Assembly: GCA_965216315.1 (NCBI GenBank) | Contig: CBDCFN010000016.1 | Location: 2,208,001 to 2,272,000, forward strand | Source of the DNA: a bacterium | GTDB taxonomy: Bacteria; UBA10199; 2-02-FULL-50-16; JAJFLM01 | DNA length: 64,000 bases | Reading direction: 5' to 3' | Part shown: in pieces, positions 62,695 through 64,000 of the stretch | Layout of the letters: every line of letters starts with the position of its first letter | How positions within the stretch are numbered: position 1 is the stretch's first letter | Translations under genes and position numbers: made by a program | The notes under the pieces: generated by a model | The model's input: only the letters and a program-made list of their open reading frames with translations | What the model was told of the DNA's origin: nothing | Databases searched by the model: none

Positions 62695-63999
62695 TTAACG
62701 CCTAACTAACGAACACCCGCCGCCGCTGGAGCCGGAAGCCGCTCTCACCGTTATCTTCTGGAAGTAACTGCCCACACCGGCGGCCCCGCAGTCAACCGAG
62801 ACCAGAATATTGCCGCCTCCGGTCGTTTCCGGCGTAAAATCCGTCGTACAGGCCGTCGTATCCGCGAAGCTACCGCGGGCACTCGGATCGACCGTCCAGT
62901 CGCAGGTACAACTCGACGGCGCGATCTGGGTCAGCACACTGCCGCTCGGACCGAGGGTCGGATCCGGAGCGTTAAGCGTCTCGACGACACCGACAATCAT
63001 GTTGTTAAAATCAACATCAGGATTCACGCCGGTCAGATCACCGGCGAGATTGGAAATGCAATCCGTCGTACAGCCGTCGGTATTGACGTCGTTGCCATCA
63101 TCGCAGTCTTCACCGGTATCGACGATACCGTCGCCGCAAATCGGCAGGGCACAATCCGACTGACATCCGTCGGCGTCAGTTGTGTTGCCATCGTCACACC
63201 CTTCCCCCGCTGCAGCATTATGGTTGCCATCACCACAGCTTGCGGTCGTACAATCATCATCACAGGTCGACGATTCACCGGACGTATCGCAACTTTCACC
63301 TGCGGTCGTATTCAAATTACCATCGCCACACGTCGCATCCGTGCAGTCATCATCACACGTCGCCGATTCACCACTATCGTCGCAATCTTCACCGGCCGCC
63401 GCGTTCGTCTTCCCATCGCCACAACTGGCAAGCGTACAATCGTCATTACAACTTGCTGACTCGCCACCGCCGTCACAGGCCTCACCGGCCATCGCATTGT
63501 GATTGCCGTCACCACAGCTCACGGCCGAGCAATCGTCATCACAGGTCGGTGACTCACCGGAATCATCGCAGCTTTCGCCGGGATCAATAAATCCATCACC
63601 GCATATTCCACTTTCATAGGCGCCAATATCGCAAACCGTATTGACGGGTCGGGTAAACCCGCGCTGATCCGTCGTGAGCGGGTTGCTGTCTTCATCCGTA
63701 CAACCGCCGGGATTTCCGGCATCAATCGCGGGACTCCCACTAGCCAAGGCATGAGTCTGGGTCGGACCCCCGTTGTCCGCTAGGGCGACCTCAAGGATAT
63801 CAGCGATTACATTGGCTCCGCTGCCAATGATGTTGGTCTGATCGCCCGGTCCCGCACCACCTAAACAGCCCGTGCTATCACCGAGAATGTTGTAGCCTGA
63901 GGATGTCAGCGGACCCGAGCAGTCCGGATGAACCGTAGGTCCTCCGCCAACACTGTCATCGTGATTGCCCGCAATAATCGAATTCTCCACCGTCACGGT
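62695..63999 (-). CDS. 5'-truncated choice-of-anchor Q + Cys-rich repeat protein with GGGCSLVRR tail
   Basis: LADNGGPTQTHAL..DQRG..CDIGAYE, about seven CGDG repeats; ORF runs off the window end. Confidence 0.88.
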   Translation of the reverse strand, partial: TVTVENSIIAGNHDDSVGGGPTVHPDCSGPLTSSGYNILGDSTGCLGGAGPGDQTNIIGSGANVIADILEVALADNGGPTQTHALASGSPAIDAGNPGGCTDEDSNPLTTDQRGFTRPVNTVCDIGAYESGICGDGFIDPGESCDDSGESPTCDDDCSAVSCGDGNHNAMAGEACDGGGESASCNDDCTLASCGDGKTNAAAGEDCDDSGESATCDDDCTDATCGDGNLNTTAGESCDTSGESSTCDDDCTTASCGDGNHNAAAGEGCDDGNTTDADGCQSDCALPICGDGIVDTGEDCDDGNDVNTDGCTTDCISNLAGDLTGVNPDVDFNNMIVGVVETLNAPDPTLGPSGSVLTQIAPSSCTCDWTVDPSARGSFADTTACTTDFTPETTGGGNILVSVDCGAAGVGSYFQKITVRAASGSSGGGCSLVRR

Positions 64000-64000
64000 T

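Noticed and set aside
58462..62724. Stop-codon readthrough restoring a TM helix after GGGCSL..R
   Set aside because: In-frame sequence after the stops checked (31089, 60316, 62695) gives no hydrophobic helix, and the five genes use different stop codons
58500..63600. CRISPR-like periodic repeats
   Set aside because: Degenerate, codon-phased Cys-rich protein repeats; no identical repeats with unique spacers and no cas genes

Overview
Bacterial chromosomal window, probably from a deltaproteobacterial-type lineage (inferred from MYXO-CTERM-like tags, a TIGR02147-like gene and the pilD-HTH-aroCKB order). Left half: TSP3-repeat surface proteins, yacG, hemW, acnA, a hemD-hemE fusion, a long minus-strand TCA/haem run (citrate synthase-icd-mdh-sdhCAB-sucCD-ndk-nfuA-hemJ-hemH), a glpAB/alkyl-DHAP-synthase-like/Fe-S/lipid kinase cluster, and hutH. 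Middle: hisS-OmpA-aspS, shikimate genes, pilD and gatCA. Right: an Rsm22-like methyltransferase, a DEAD-box helicase and many secreted proteins. Three signals stand out. (1) One Gly-rich Cys sorting motif occurs in three forms: full-length with a transmembrane tail, a minimal form with no membrane helix (GGCSL[ILV]..R-stop) ending five secreted proteins with different head domains, and an internal copy followed by a second signal peptide in an apparent polyprotein whose second half is a TraB-like barrel-OmpA protein. (2) Two families of short palindromic repeats sit in frame inside hemW (four copies) and the methyltransferase, and supply the hemW and icd stop codons. (3) A sigma54-type promoter precedes a beta-helix gene pair whose second gene is split by frameshifts. 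I recognised no tRNA, rRNA, CRISPR array or transposase. All family calls are by motif recognition, not database search.
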